Positions 13,500 through 26,749 of a DNA stretch of 64,000 nucleotides are shown one piece after another; within the stretch, counting starts at the first letter, position 1; each line of letters begins with the position of its first letter. The DNA comes from Raillietiella orientalis. Lineage: Eukaryota. A program made the position numbers and the translations under genes. The stretch spans positions 1,240,001 to 1,304,000 of the forward strand of contig JAYWIR010000044.1 of the NCBI GenBank assembly GCA_036172245.1. The letters are read 5' to 3'. The notes beneath the pieces are model-generated. The model was given only the letters and a program-made list of their open reading frames with translations, searched no databases and was not told where the DNA came from.

Positions 13500-14300
13500 A
13501 GAAAATTCAGACAACTGTTGACCCAAATCAGATGGACAGCAAGGTTCCATCAAACTTTCCGTCAAGCAGGCAAATCGCTACAGACTAAGGTCTCTTGGCA
13601 TGCTGACGGGCAAGACACCTTGCCCATTCTTTTGGAAAGACGCCCTGAATGACGGCACGAGACATTGCAGCATCCAGCCTACCAATGAGAGGCGCAAATC
13701 GAGTCTGCATCTTTCAACTTTGGTACGATACATTGATTTGGACTGTAACTGCCTCACGCTATCGAGCATCCCTTTCGAAATCGCATCCAAAAGGTATGCG
13801 TGCGCACCCAATGCAGCAACATCAGGCCCGTTCAAAGAACATCATCGGTAAGATACCCATACGTGGTCCATTGCAGCACATCGGACCACTTCTCTTATTT
13901 CTTCTTATCCACAATCTACCGCATTGTGCTGTTCTCTGTCTGTACAAAAGTGCCTGCCAGAGCACTCATAAACATCGATAGGGGTGAAGTAACGAAGTTT
14001 TCCCAGCACAATTCGACGTGGTCCATGTGACTGCAACTCGCAAATCACATTGAATTTCTGATACACCTGCCACGCTGACTGCCAAGGACGGTGCCAGTTG
14101 TCGGAAGTCACCATTACCTGAAGCAACATTAAGCACCTAAATCACGAGATCATACGCCGGCACGAGAGGCAGGAATGGCCTTTCATGGGGACCATTCGGG
14201 ACATTCTGACTCTCTCCTGCACAAGTTTCTCACTGACCATTGCTTGTTTTTCTGAAATGCGACCACAGCAATGACCAAGTCATCCTGCAAAAGTCATCCC
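13500..14300 (-). mobile_element. Possible decayed piggyBac-like transposase (C-terminal half)
   Basis: Across frames: TGTV, EVVRCAAM...YR*CSLNGPDVAALGAHAYLLDAISKG (VxCPxxxxxYNxxMGGVDxxDxxxxxY), then a Cys/His-rich tail (SHW...SCPSAC...VHL...SCLNF). Confidence 0.35.
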
Positions 14301-14501
14301 ATTCTCGAGAAATTATAGGTACAAAATGAACAGCGATCTTCTAGGAAATACTTCGATCCCCTGGACTCGCCCACTAACGTAAATTTTTCTTCTGTGATTC
14401 TAAGAATAAATAGGAATACAGATTTTATACTTTTTAGTAAGTAAATTGAATAATTAAATATTTTATTTAGTATAATTAGAAGAGAATGATTTCCATAATT
14501 G

Positions 14502-14660
14502 CAGCTGACCCTCGTATAACGTGGACTCGTATGACGCGACGAAACCGTGGCGACGTGTACCCTTATAACGCGTATCCTTCGCGTTATACGGGTACATGCA
14601 GCACATGGGTTTTCAAAAAACGGTTGCCACCGATAACGTGCGGCATAAAAAACAGGCACG
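14502..14660. mobile_element. Tc1/pogo (Tigger)-like MITE end with internal hairpin
   Basis: Starts cagctgaccctcgtataacg (CAG...CCCTCG...TAACG TIR style), has repeated ataacg motifs, and contains a 16/17-bp inverted repeat at 14556-14596. Confidence 0.4.
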
Positions 14661-14699
14661 AATAATTTTGCGTCGATACTTCACCATGCCTTCATTCAG

Positions 14700-15150
14700 T
14701 TTCCAATGTTTTTAGTTTCGGGGCTTCGACTGAATTCCTCGATCTACAATGCCCAAGGGCCTGTTTTTTCCCGGGAATGCTAGCTTCCACAAGTACTGAG
14801 GTACTTTCAAATTTTCCACGCCAAAAAAGAGAGGATCGGGAGCCTACAAAATCCCTTCCGTCACCATGGTTCCTCCACGAATTAGCATTATAATCACGTG
14901 CTTGACAAATTTCGCTTCCAACACATGAATACTGACCGCACTTCAGCACCAACCGTCACAAAACTGCCGACAGTTTTTTAACAAGCTGACCACTGCAAGA
15001 GAAAGACAAGCGTGAATACATGGGGATGAAGCAGGCAGCATTGGGGAATCTTTTGGGCAAAATTCTGGAAATTATATTTCGAAGGTTCAGCAGTGCAAGA
15101 GCACGTACGCACGGTAATAGGACAGGAGGAATGGATAGAAGGGACGCGTG
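14700..15150 (-). mobile_element. Possible decayed hAT C-terminal fragment
   Basis: CCLLHPHVF followed by APDPLFFGVENLKVPQYLWKLAFPGKNRP (DPLxxWxxxxxxPxLxxLA). Confidence 0.35.
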
Positions 15151-15349
15151 AGACCATTTGAGCCGAATCTACTGAATCAAGTTTCAAGAAAGGGAATGCA
15201 AACGAGCACAGGATTAATTACCGTCTTTCAACATGCTTTTCTGCATCGGAGGCATATTCATGTGGTCATGGTGACCTAAAATAATGCGGACGGCCTTGTG
15301 CAATTCTATCAGAGGCAGAGGAAAACCTTGATCGATTCTCCAAGTGGAC

Positions 15350-18300
15350 GATTCAATCCGACCATCTTTGTTAGAATTGGAAGCTGATGGCTTTATTCTA
15401 CCGATTTACTCTCCTCGATGTCCTGCGATTTCTGCTTGTAGAATATCTATCTCATCGTTTGGGAGCTGTCTGAATTGGTCTCCATTCTGTAGCTGTAGAG
15501 AGGTCCCCGCGTCTTCAAGTAGACGTTCAAGCACGTACGTGCAGTAGATATCTCTGGTGTGACGGATACAGGAGGCAACCATAAGGTAGATCACTTCCTC
15601 CGAATATCTCGTAGGGATTCGTAAATCTCGTGGCACGGCATCATTCCCTGGGTCTCAAGTTCCCAGTGGTCCGAGGATGAAGGCACGTATCCTGCATTGA
15701 ATTCCCTCCATTGATAACTGAGAGGCAGCATCTAGCCGGAGGCACTGAAATACCGGATCAACCGCGACAAGAGAGAAGCAATCTTCAAGCATCCCCTCCA
15801 CTTCCAAAAAATAGTTTAAGAAGCTGGCCACCAGATAATGGGCGTATCAGATATCAAGCTGATGAAATAACAGATTTTTGATCTTCTCCCCGCTATGCCG
15901 AACCCCTCCGTTCTCGAACGCACAGCTCGCGCTCAACACCATCATTCTGTTGACCTTCCTCACCACTAAAGCAGGTCGCAGAGTGGAACCAACCCCAGAA
16001 ACCTTCCGGCTGCTGGGCGCCAGCTTCCATTTTGCTACATCCAGCGCAACCTTTTCAGTTTTTTTTTTTTCCAATGTAGTGTCATTTCGTGTGATGTAGA
16101 GACGAGAGCGTCCCATGCAGCGATTTGAGATGAGAGGCAACGTCTCATCCCGAATTTCAAGAGGGCCGACATGCGCGATCCCTTCTTCCAGCAACACCTC
16201 TTAACTGGAAGCGAATTGAGCCGAGCCGACAGTCGGCGAACCTGAGAAAGTCCCTTGTTGTTAGAAAGTAGCTCTGCAATCGATGCAGTCGCACGATCTG
16301 TCTGATCTTCGTCGGTGCTTTTCAACAGGGGATCTCCATGCATGCCCTCCCTATGCAGCTCTCATGCATATGCACTTCGTTTCCTGGAGGCAAACTTCTT
16401 CCTCGAGCTGCCATCAAACGTAGCGGCCGCCTGTGAAGATTCTGGCTCTCCAGCAGGAAACTCTCAGGAGGCATCTGGTCTGAATGAGGCTTGTCTTCCC
16501 TTGTGGTCCTTCCAGTGCCTCCTGCAACTCCCGGAAACTTCCCAGATGAAACTATCAGACACTTTCCAAGATCGTCATCCGATGGTGGCATGAGGACCTT
16601 CTTCAACACCACTTCTTGGAGAGTTTTCCTGAGCCGGTTCCCTTCAAGGCATCATCCGGAGAGGACAGTCATTCGAAGAATCTGTCCATGATGGATGTGT
16701 CGGACTCGTTCTCTGGCTTCAGTAAACCCAAGCAGTTTTTCCTCGTATCACCGTAGAGATATTCATTCGCTTCTCGGGTCGGGAGATGCAGGACTTTTTT
16801 AATTTTCCAATCTTCCTTTGGATGAGTCCCTGGCCTTTCGTAACGAAAAAAAATGTTTTTACTGCATCCATCTTTCGCCATGCTAAGGGAATACTACTAA
16901 GGATGAAGTCAGCCCTAAGGCGGATCTCTTCTGTTGGCAAACGAGAATTGAAAATCTCTTTTCCAAAAGGCCTTTCCCAAATACTTGTGGGCCAGTGATC
17001 TGGAGATATCGAAAATTCTCCCCCTTCTGACTCCGATTCTCAAAAGGTCTCATGTCTTTGGGGCTTTGCTCAGTGAAGGACACTTGGCCGAGCTGATGTA
17101 TCCATCGCCCAGCACGATAGGCGGGATCTTCAAAGTGGCATACGCGGGTTTACAAGTCACCCCCATTATTAGCGAGAATAACTAGGTCATCCACGTATGC
17201 CAGAGGACATCTTGACCACAGCACACTCCCATTGTTCGGAAAATCGGCTTCATTGTTAACACAAAAAGAAATGAGCTCAGCGGATATGGAAGTTCTTGTT
17301 ATTGCCCATTCCAGCTGGATGTGGGTGGAGCTTTCAAAATACAATTCTTCAGCTATACTTGCAGACGCCTTTCACGCTCCAGTTTCTTTCAAGGTTTCAA
17401 CTGATGAGAAATCGTCCCAAAGACATTTGCAAAGTCTACAAAGACCACGAAGATATCCTGGAAACGGCGGCGATGGGAAGAGTCTAGTCGCGTTTCTAGG
17501 ACGAAGTTCCTCTGAAGCACCCCATCAAAGGGTAAGAAAAATCCTTTTGCTGTGCACCGATCAGTTCGTCCTCCGGGATTGAGTTCTCGGCCTCAAAGCC
17601 AAGCATTCAGCGTATGATCCATATTGCGCTTTTCCGACGGCATCTCCATTCGGAGATTTCTTCTGATGCATAGGAGTCTTCCGAGATCAGAATGGTTCTG
17701 GTACGTTTCCACTCCTCTGGATCCCGACAAAATTCCATCAGTAATTTGAAGATCAGTGTCAGTAAAGTGGCATCAGGATCAATTGTCCTCATACGTTATA
17801 GGTGATTCCATCTATGCTGGAGGAAAAATTATCCGCACCGCGTAACAGTGCTGATGTCCCTTCCTGAATAAAGGGGATCATCTCAGTAGGAGATGCCTCC
17901 TTGTATCTTCCTGAGAATAGCTTTTGGGAGAGTTCCTGATCATAATCTTGTCTTACTTCCACACTCCCGGTGGGAGTGCTTCTCAGTTTCTTCCGGCTTG
18001 ACTTTGCACCTGTTGTCCTGCTGACCCATGATAACTCGCATCCCACTTCTCCGGTTCATTCTGTACCATTTCTCTATGGATGGCTTATCCTGTGGATCAG
18101 CTTTCTGCTTCTTTGAACGCCTGATTTGTACGTTGAATTTCGGGACACTTGGAATTTTTGCTTCAAGAGCTATTTGAGAGTCTTTCCAGCGTGAACTATC
18201 CTGTTCCAAAAATTTCTGGAAATAATAACTGCTCTCCTCTATAAACTGGACGGAGTGGTTGATCCTTTTGATCGAACCTTTCTTTCTTTTCTTATCACTT

Positions 18301-21023
18301 TCAATTGTACTCGACGTCTCTATTGTATTGCTACCCAATTGCATCATTTCTTGGCTAAGATGCGCCCCAATATTTAGGGAACCCTCAGGGACAGTACCAT
18401 TCTCTGCCTCATTCACAGCAGAATCTGATATCAACTGTTGTACAATCGGCAGAGCTCGATCCTGCTCAATTAATCGAGGATACATTGAGGGATGGAGAGA
18501 GTATATCACCTCACAACTTGCTGTTGGAGGACACAAGAAGCGGATTGACCATTTCCTTACTATCATCAGTTATAGCTTCTTCCTCAGTTAACGTATTTAC
18601 AATCTCACTCGTACTGTCAGAGAACCCATCTTTTTCCTATGATTCCAACGCAGTCATACTTGCAAACATCCCTCTGTCTCCCACTTTGATATCAGCCGAA
18701 AAGACCGAGGAGCGAGGGGTCATGATTTCTGCTCAGTCATCTGATCTGAACATGGAGATTTCCTGATTCCTTGTGATCCTTCCTTCTATCGCTCAAGATC
18801 ATATTAGATTCGTAGCCGATGTGCCAAAGTAGGGCGGCATCTCGTACACTGCATTGGGTGCTGGAGGTGAGGGGTTGCCAAAGGAAAAAACATCTGGGAC
18901 ATGTTCGTCCAATTACGAATCTCTCCTCGGCATCTTTTATCACCTCGATTCAGTAAGTTCCAAAATATCGAAAGCAGATATCCGAACCATATTTATTTCT
19001 GGAAAATTGAAGAGGCAGATAATGCTCGATGAAAAAAGTACACTCGAAACGCATGTTCGCTGACCACTCCTTGAGGTCTGTTGCACCTCAAGAGCCGCCA
19101 AGCTCCATCGATGCCTCGTAAGCTCGTACATGCCAAAACAGCTACCCCAGTCGGATGGAGACATGCTTCAACATGGGCAAGTTGACAGCCGAATAAGAGA
19201 CAGAAATTCATTAAAGCATCTTTTTTATGCGTTTGGAAAGCTTTCATAAGGTATCAAAGATGACGCTACTCAGCACAACTCGGAGACGAGTCCAGGTTTG
19301 CTGCGAGAGCCGAAATGAGCAGCGGGTTTTCTGAAAATTCATGGTGACTTGATGCTTCAAGGTGGCATCAACAGTAATGATGCTTCCGATTCTGATAGGA
19401 TGCTGAGCGCGCTGGAGAATCAGAAAGTCGCGATCCAAGATTGCAGATTGATCTTATAGAGCCTGGAGACATTTATGGACTCTTGAGATGTTTTGGGTTC
19501 CCATGTTTCTCAGCCACATCACCATCAGATCCCGAATGCAGCATTCCTCATCTGAGTAAGGTCCGCACCTGAGCGAGAGCGTTCCTGCGAAGCCAACAAG
19601 ACAGAGGCTTGTAAAGAATTCGTTCCTTTCCAGAAGAACGAAGAAAAGGCTATAATCTGCACCGATGATTACTCCATTTCTGCCTACTGTGCTGGAGGAT
19701 TCTTGGGAGAGGGTTCGCATCAGTCTTGTGGATTTTTCGCCTCAGACAGACTAGAGAAACAAATCGCACGTTGATTGGATTGGATTCTCAAAGAGTGTGC
19801 TTGATTGTCTGGTTTTCGAATTTTTTTTTTTTTATCAGAGGAATTTTTCACGCCTTTCCGATGCCCAATCTGGACAAGAAGAGCATTCTTTCAACCGAAA
19901 TGAGATGCAGCAGACGAACTTTTTTTGGTGACACGAGCCACGACTTTTCCATCTGAATTACTCCGGTCCTTTCGTTCAAAATGCGCAGATAAAATGAATG
20001 ACAAGTTCTCAGGTAAAACTCACACTTGTGCGACGTGGATGAAAGTTCGGACTGTCCGGTAGGCGGTACTTTGAAGGAAGCGGAGGGTACTGAGGATGGC
20101 AAACAAGCAGATAAGTAAGGGAAGAGACGGACTGGCTTGTCGGCTCTAATGGCTCCCAAGGAACTGATTTTTCCGCTTGGTTACTCTGGGAAGTTTGTTT
20201 GCACGGAATAAATAAGCATACGGACTAGGCACCAAGTTCCCGAAGGAGACTTCACGGAGAGGGAGGAGCATCCCCCAGCATGCAACTGGGTACATGGAAA
20301 GAGGCCCGTAGAGCGATGTAGACGATGGGGAGAGGGGCACGAAGGCTTACTCCGGACTCACACTCCTTAGCTCCAGACTTCTCACACTCTGGTCTCGCAT
20401 GATGAGGGAGATAGCCCTCCCTTACTGCTAGCGGAAAAGTGAGACCGCCACCCCGCTCTTTGTGGCACACAGACTGCTAGAAGAATGATCTCGTGTCGCT
20501 GCTGAAGTAGTTCCTTCTCAAGACGAGCTGCCTCGAAGATGTGGCACAAGATCGTAAACTACTGAGGCTTCCATTCAACGAGATGCAAACCATGCATGAG
20601 ATCCTCGAGGATTTCTCAGGGTTTTTTCTGGCAGCCTATGCAGGACGGGTTCTTTCGATCCACACACCGCAAAGTATGGGGAATGGGATAACTCTTCCCC
20701 TGAAATGGCGTCTGTTGCACGGTAGACCCCAGTACACGAAGATTTCTGTTGTCTGCAGCGTGTGGAGTAGGAGCACGAGCGTTTGTATTACATGAGGGGA
20801 TGGATAACAGCAGTTCCAGGAAGGCTCAACGAATTCGAGCAACTCTGCGGTTAGGGAAGGCTGCAAAGGGAAAAACTGGAGGTTGAAGGCATCTTAGTGT
20901 GGTGGCGATAAGCCCTTTCACCTTCGCTACCACCCGTTGCTTGTTAATAGGATGCCATAACGAATGCAGCATGACCCGGAAGAACAGTGGTCGCTCCACA
21001 GTCACAATTTCAGCTCGAGCAAC
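15350..21023 (-). mobile_element. Near full-length decayed NeSL/Utopia-like non-LTR retrotransposon (N-terminal region, RT, CCHC, RLE), probably with an insertion at about 18.9-19.9 kb
   Basis: KWYRMNRRSGMRVIMG...CKV; SSIDGITY; PEEWKRTRTILI; LAYVDDLVIL (YxDD); KYLG; RKMDAVKTFF; KKVLHLPTREANEYLYG...GL; ARLNSLPV; ETLPLISNRC; LRPALVVRK...SCAFENG; FILGPLGT*D; SCIRHTRDIY. Many stops and frameshifts. Confidence 0.9.
20888..21023 (-). ncRNA. Candidate eroded HDV-like ribozyme at the retrotransposon 5' end
   Basis: Minus strand: P1 gttgct/agcaac, P2 ggcatc/gatgcc, GG after P1, P4 gtggtagcga/tcgccaccac, J4/2 actaa. The P3/L3 segment is too short and non-consensus. Confidence 0.35.
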
Positions 21024-21899
21024 CGATATTTCAAGAACTATCTGCGTGTCGAACAGAAAATTGATTCCTCACCTAGCCATAGGATGCAGGAGAAAACCTT
21101 GTTCTACCCGTTCTATTTATTTGATGAACCCCGTAGGAGCGATAACTTTTCGTGTCAAAAGTGTGCATTAATATTACCTGAATAGCTATGAGAGCCTTCT
21201 CATTCAGTACACGTCCGCTCATTTCATGTGAATAACATAATGGATGCCGCAACAGATATGTTGGATACGAGCAAGCTACTAATGTGCCGGCAACAAGTAA
21301 TTATTAAACTGACTGTTTAAAGTAAAGGAGATTTAGCATTTTCCCACTTGTTCTTATGATGTTTCGCCTCTGCAGAATTGATCGAACAGCCATAAGTTTC
21401 AATAAAATCATCAAATTAGTGATTCGTGAGTTCCAAATTTCATAGGGAGCAGTTCTTCGCATTCCAAACCCCCATCCTTCAAGTCCTCAACATGAAAATT
21501 TTTTTGTGAAAAGCGAGGGTTGAATGCTACTTTGATGACACACTGATATACGCCCTTCAAAATGGGTTCGAGACAGGCGTGCCACAATCGCTGCTTGATG
21601 CTTTTGTGAGTTCCAGGAGTACCTGCAAAATACACTGATGAGCAGAGACTCCAAAAATCGAAAACGCAACCACCAATCGTAGGAAAGTCGATTTTTTCGT
21701 ATGTTCTACTTTCAATTGTAAGCACTATTTGTTGCTTATCGAAGATGGCTCGTAAAATCCACACGACTGTGCTTACTAGATTGTGTTTATAAATATAGAA
21801 TAAAGACAGAATTCTTTTTTTCTAAATTGTCCAGCCGACATTATCTCCACGAAGGGTGTAACTCACATTTGCCAAACCCTCAAAGCTCACTGAATCTAT

Positions 21900-22880
21900 C
21901 ACCTTGCTTTATGTTTTCGTAGTGCAATAGATGGAATGAAGGCAACGGGGTGTTAAAAACCCACGTTAACTGGATTCCCACTGTGTGATCCTTGTGCATC
22001 TAAAAATGTGAAATTCACTTCACGATTGATACTTGGTGTGTTCCAGAAGTTCAATACAGGGACTCTGGATCTTGAAGTAGAGGTGCTGGCTAGAGTACCA
22101 GTTAACACTCATCTTCATCATAGGCAAAGAAACATAGGTGACATGTGGGCTGATAGGAACCAACCAAACAAAAGCATCAGAAATGAAGCAGAAATGGCAG
22201 AAGCAATGCAAAAACCAGTAGCATGGGGCATTCCCAATGCATAAGCACCTCTCTGAATGAGCTTAATATGCACCAGAATGATGAAACTGAGCTGGTGTCT
22301 TGCCACACCCAATAGCATTTATTGATTGCTTGAGAAGCCACATATTCATTTCCACACAAAACTCAGCTGTCTTTCAGCTGTTCTTTCGCTCCTTTCAGCC
22401 ATAGCAAACTTGCATTAGCTCTCATTCTTTAAAGAAATTTTGTTGCAAATGGATTCTGGAGGTTGCAGAAGATGCTGAAGAGTAAAATGGAAAAAAACAT
22501 TAATGACCTCGGAGTCACATAACAGTCTCAGTGGACTAACAAACAGGAATTCTCTGTCATTCATGGGGTTGGACAATGAATGAAATGCAGGGCAGTGTCC
22601 AAAACTTTGCATTTGGTTTCATTAGTTGCAGTCATATTCCGTCATTTGCATTTCTAGGACACCTGGTGATCCAAAAACTGGATTTCAAGAATTTTCAGTT
22701 AACCATTGTTCTGAACCAAACAAAAACATCCTTTGTGTTTCGAGTTCAGAGCTCCACTCTCCATACAACCAAGAGAACTACAAGAAAGCCATCTAAACTG
22801 TTACAATCGAACCAAATAACTTTGTTTTCAATGGGATTCTTCAAATAAAAAACAGCCAGCTGTTAACCAAGATAACTTGT
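21900..22880 (-). mobile_element. Decayed MULE (Mutator) transposase with FLYWCH-like N-terminus
   Basis: Ordered degenerate motifs: FYLKNPIENKVIWFDC; REFLFVSPLRLLCDSEVI; SINAI...FH; CFISDAFVWL; FWN...GSHS...VGF*HPVAFIPSIALRK. Confidence 0.45.
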
Positions 22881-23049
22881 TGCAAGGATTGCACACAGTG
22901 ATGCCATGGCACAGTGTACCCTTTTTTTAACCAAAGATACTGCTTAGAGTTTACATGAAAATCTAGAGACTAATCATTGTACAGAAAGGATAAAAAATTA
23001 TAGATCTAAGATCTCAGATTATTAATGCAGAATTTCTATCCACTGCCAG

Positions 23050-23600
23050 GAGACCATAAAGAACATGGCATAAACAATAGGGCTTCTGGAGACAAGAATG
23101 AAGAATGAGCAACCATTGGCTTTTAATTAAGTCTACAGGACAATTCCAAATTGAACAAGAGATGTCAAAACTTATCTACAACTATAGAGTGCTCATGCGG
23201 CTAGCTTCAGGACTTGTAGTAAGGAACTTCTATTGTTTAAGGGCCATTGGGATACTGTGTTGCATATTGGCAGGATTTCTACCAACCACAGGTAAAGGCA
23301 TCCTTGACCCTTTAAACACATCATATATACAGAAGATATTTGAAAAGCTATGCAAACTTTGTAGAAAATGGTGTCTTTGAGAAATAGTTAGTACCAAGTG
23401 TTCCCTCTTCACTTCTGGCAAGATTTGGTTTACTGGCATGTTAGCAAAGAATGATCAAGTTATTTTATCCAGGTAAAACTGCTTTGTCTTTAATTCTCTT
23501 TCTTGGAATTTATCACTGAACACACAATCATGCATTCCTATCGATAAATCCACTAAAAAATAAAATTCATGCATTCATGTTGTTAGTAGCATAATTTCTC
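23050..23600 (-). mobile_element. Possible second MULE transposase fragment
   Basis: HFLQSLHSFSNIFCIYDVFKGSRMPL resembles MULE TFxxxPxxFxQxxxIhxxxxGxxxP. Confidence 0.35.
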
Positions 23601-24849
23601 TTTGCAGCCAGAGTCTGGTTAACTTCTAGGCAAGTCAAGAATACAAAAGATAACAATCTATTTATAATACTGATCATAAAATAAACACCCACAATACATG
23701 CTGGGCATGGAATAATTTTTAATCAGTTTTCATTAACAAATCTGGAATATCATTCAAAATTTTATATTACCACAGTCTGATATAATGGTCTCTATCATAA
23801 AAGTGAAAAACACACACACAAATCCTGACAGTTTTTTATGAAATCGATGAACGTTAAGTATACTTATTCAACACTGCAACAGCATCTGAAGACTTAGGGA
23901 TCAACTTGTATTCTGCATAAGCACCCAAAATGAATGGGTATTTACTATGACTGTGGATATGGTACACGCAACAAGCTCACGGAAGGGTGCACGAGGAAGA
24001 CCAGCACTGGAAGATTTGTGGAGAAGAAACATTCAAAGACAAAATGTATTGCAGGTTACAGATTTATTGCATTCAAAATATGCTGTAAAAACAATAACGT
24101 AAATTGAACGAACAAGAAAATCCAAACACACTTTATTCATATAAATTTCCTTATATAAATGCATCACTGAAACTGAAATTACCAAGTTAAGTTTAACATG
24201 TAAACTAAGACGTAAACAGTTCACGAACATGTAAACAGTAAACATGTTCAACGAAGTTCAACGAAGCTTCGTCCTTCATAATGTCGATATGGTATTAACC
24301 CAAAGGTAAACATCAGTGTTCTCGAAGAAATCAAAATATTGCACTTACTTATAGTGTTCAATTAGTTCTTTTCACTACTCTACATTCTCATTATCATACC
24401 CTTTATGGAGCACATCTCTAATGCATGCATGTGATAGCTTTTGACTCCCAATTACAATTGCAGGGCATATGCAATACAGCCGCCATTGCTGGAATCGAAA
24501 TTTCAAAAATGTTGCCTTTATAGAATGTTGTTGATTGCACCGAGATGGATAGTCAAAATAAAAAAAAAATAATTTCGTATAATTAAATAAAAGAAGCTAA
24601 ATTGTTGAACGGTGGCGTGAATTTCTATAATCAAATAAACAAATTGAGTAGCATTACAAAAGTAAAAATGATGATGATATGATATGAAATTTTATTCAGA
24701 CTTCTTCGCGACTGCTTTTTTCCGTATTCTTCTCGGGAGATCATAAACAAGAAGGCAGGCACTTTCTGAGCACTCAACAGCTAAATTGGATGAGTGCTCA
24801 ATAACTTTGTCAATATCAAATTTTGAAAATGCTTACTCTCAAATTATAT

Positions 24850-25870
24850 TAGTTGCATTCAAATTTTCTTCTGCATGTTCCAAAGGAGCGTTCATCATGC
24901 TATCCACAGATCATGAACATGATTTAATTCATTTTCTCCCCCCGCCCACTCCATAATCTTACAGTCAAAAATACTCCATAGTCTCAGAAAAACTGTAGCA
25001 AGTAACTTGCTACATTTTTTCTTACTATGCAATTGTATAGTGTTGCAATGGGTATGTCATCTTCATCAGTAATAGCCGATAGATAAATTCAACTCAATTT
25101 CTTCAGCTGATGAATGCAAATGCTTACAAGCATTTACAATAACGCTCTTTGGAATTTCATTCCACGACTCTACTGCCATAGAAGTCACATCTTTTAGTGT
25201 AATGCTATTTAAAGCTACGGAAATGTCCTCATTTCGGGATGTCAGTGTTGTCAATAAGTGTTTTCAGCAGCGGGCTTTAAAAGATTGGATTATGTGCTGG
25301 TCGAGAGGTAGGGGCCTTATTCGGGGGCAAAAACAAGGAAATTCTCATTTTCGACTGTCCCGTGGCAAGCTGTGTTGTCAATGATTAGCAAAGCTTTGAC
25401 GGGTAATTTTTTTAATGTCAGGCACGCTGTCACTTCGGGAATAAACTGTTCTGAAAACCATTCCCCAAAACCAATCTGTCGTCTGCCAGGCATTTTTGGA
25501 AGACCGGTAATTTAGAGGAATCGGAACATTTTTCAAGCACCTTGGACGAGCTGCCTTCCCGATCATCATTAAGGGTAATTTGTGATTACCCGTGGCATTA
25601 GCACAAGGCTTTAAAATGATCTTTTCTTTTCTGTTTTTTCTTCTAGGGACTGTTACTTCATTTCGATGAGCATTAGTTTTATTTGGCAATCCTTTGTACA
25701 CGAGTATTGTTTCGTCACAATTATAGACTTGCTCCATAGGATGTTGGTTTTCATTAACTATCTCTTTAAATTTTTCTAAAAAAACTGAAACCTGCGAGGC
25801 ACCGCACGAAAGTCAAGTTTCTCCTCGGATATAGTTAATAAGCGAATACCATGTCTCTTTCGCTGAATAG
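24850..25870 (-). mobile_element. Tigger/pogo-family (CENP-B/jerky-like, DDE_1) transposase pseudogene
   Basis: KRHGIR...EEKL; EQVYNCDET...LPNKT...CANATGNHKLPLMMIGKAARPRCLK...YRSSKNAW; KALLIIDN; FLPPN; ITLKDV..MAVESWNEI....IVNACK. Frameshifted. Confidence 0.9.
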
Positions 25871-26749
25871 TTAATGAATTTCTCTTATTTTTTCGCATCT
25901 TTAATGCAGTTGAAAAAAGTTTCTTTTATCAAATGACAGAAAACTTAAAATGTTGACTATGTCAAAGGTTACTTATGTAAAAAGTTTCTTTTAGCAAACG
26001 TGACTATATCAGATGTGTACTGTAACTGCAGCTGTTAAATCGAAATAACAAGGAATAATTAGCTCACTGCTAAATGCAAAATGATTATCCTGTTCAAAAA
26101 AATCAGTTTGAAAGAGCAATTTGCATTCAGCAGAACGTACATCTACAATAACAGCAACATAAGATTTTAATTTAGAGCAGCAAGATATCAAATTTTTGTC
26201 AACGGCACAAATTTATTGGTAACTATTTCTTTAAGAGCAGAGCAAGGATGAAACTTTTGTTTTCATTTTTTAGCAAACAACAGAAGAAAACGATAGGCAC
26301 AAATGAAATGCATTCAATGATAAAGGAAATGAAATACTTGCTTCTCTCTACGAATTCATTAATTGCATGAGTTTCAATTACAAAAGAGAACAACAAGAGT
26401 AATAAAGACAACAAAATTATTAAGTAGCAAAATAGAACCACTGTCATAGGTACTATGTAACCGATGACACTGGATGAAAAAAAAAAAAAAGGCATTTTGC
26501 GTTACGTTACTCTAAACAGCAACTTTGATTTTAATTGCACATTTTTTTTTCAAGTGATCGCAAAGGATGCAAAGAACGTTTCATGAGAACATCCTCGAAT
26601 TTCCTCATAGTATAGTATTTGAAACTAGATTTCATCAGGAGAAATTCCATGAAAAAATTGGCCTTTTGAGGCACCCAGTTTGAACGTTAAAGTTTGATGC
26701 AGCCTAAATGAAAAGAAATTAGCTTAATAAAGAACAGAGTACTGTCGAA

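Noticed and set aside
18850..19900. Ulp1 protease domain expected in NeSL elements, or an inserted plus-strand hAT fragment
   Set aside because: No clear HW...D...QxNxxDCG motif, and hAT-like hints (SWERV) are weak; left unassigned.
21040..21100. Weak resemblance on the minus strand (cctatggctagg...tctgttc) to the U2 snRNA 5' end, upstream of the Utopia-like element
   Set aside because: Only about 17/28 identity with the branch-pairing GTAGTA absent; not distinguishable from chance by eye.
21636..21665. CTGATGA...GAAA hammerhead-like cores here and at about 48044-48065
   Set aside because: No credible stem II or flanking stems I/III.
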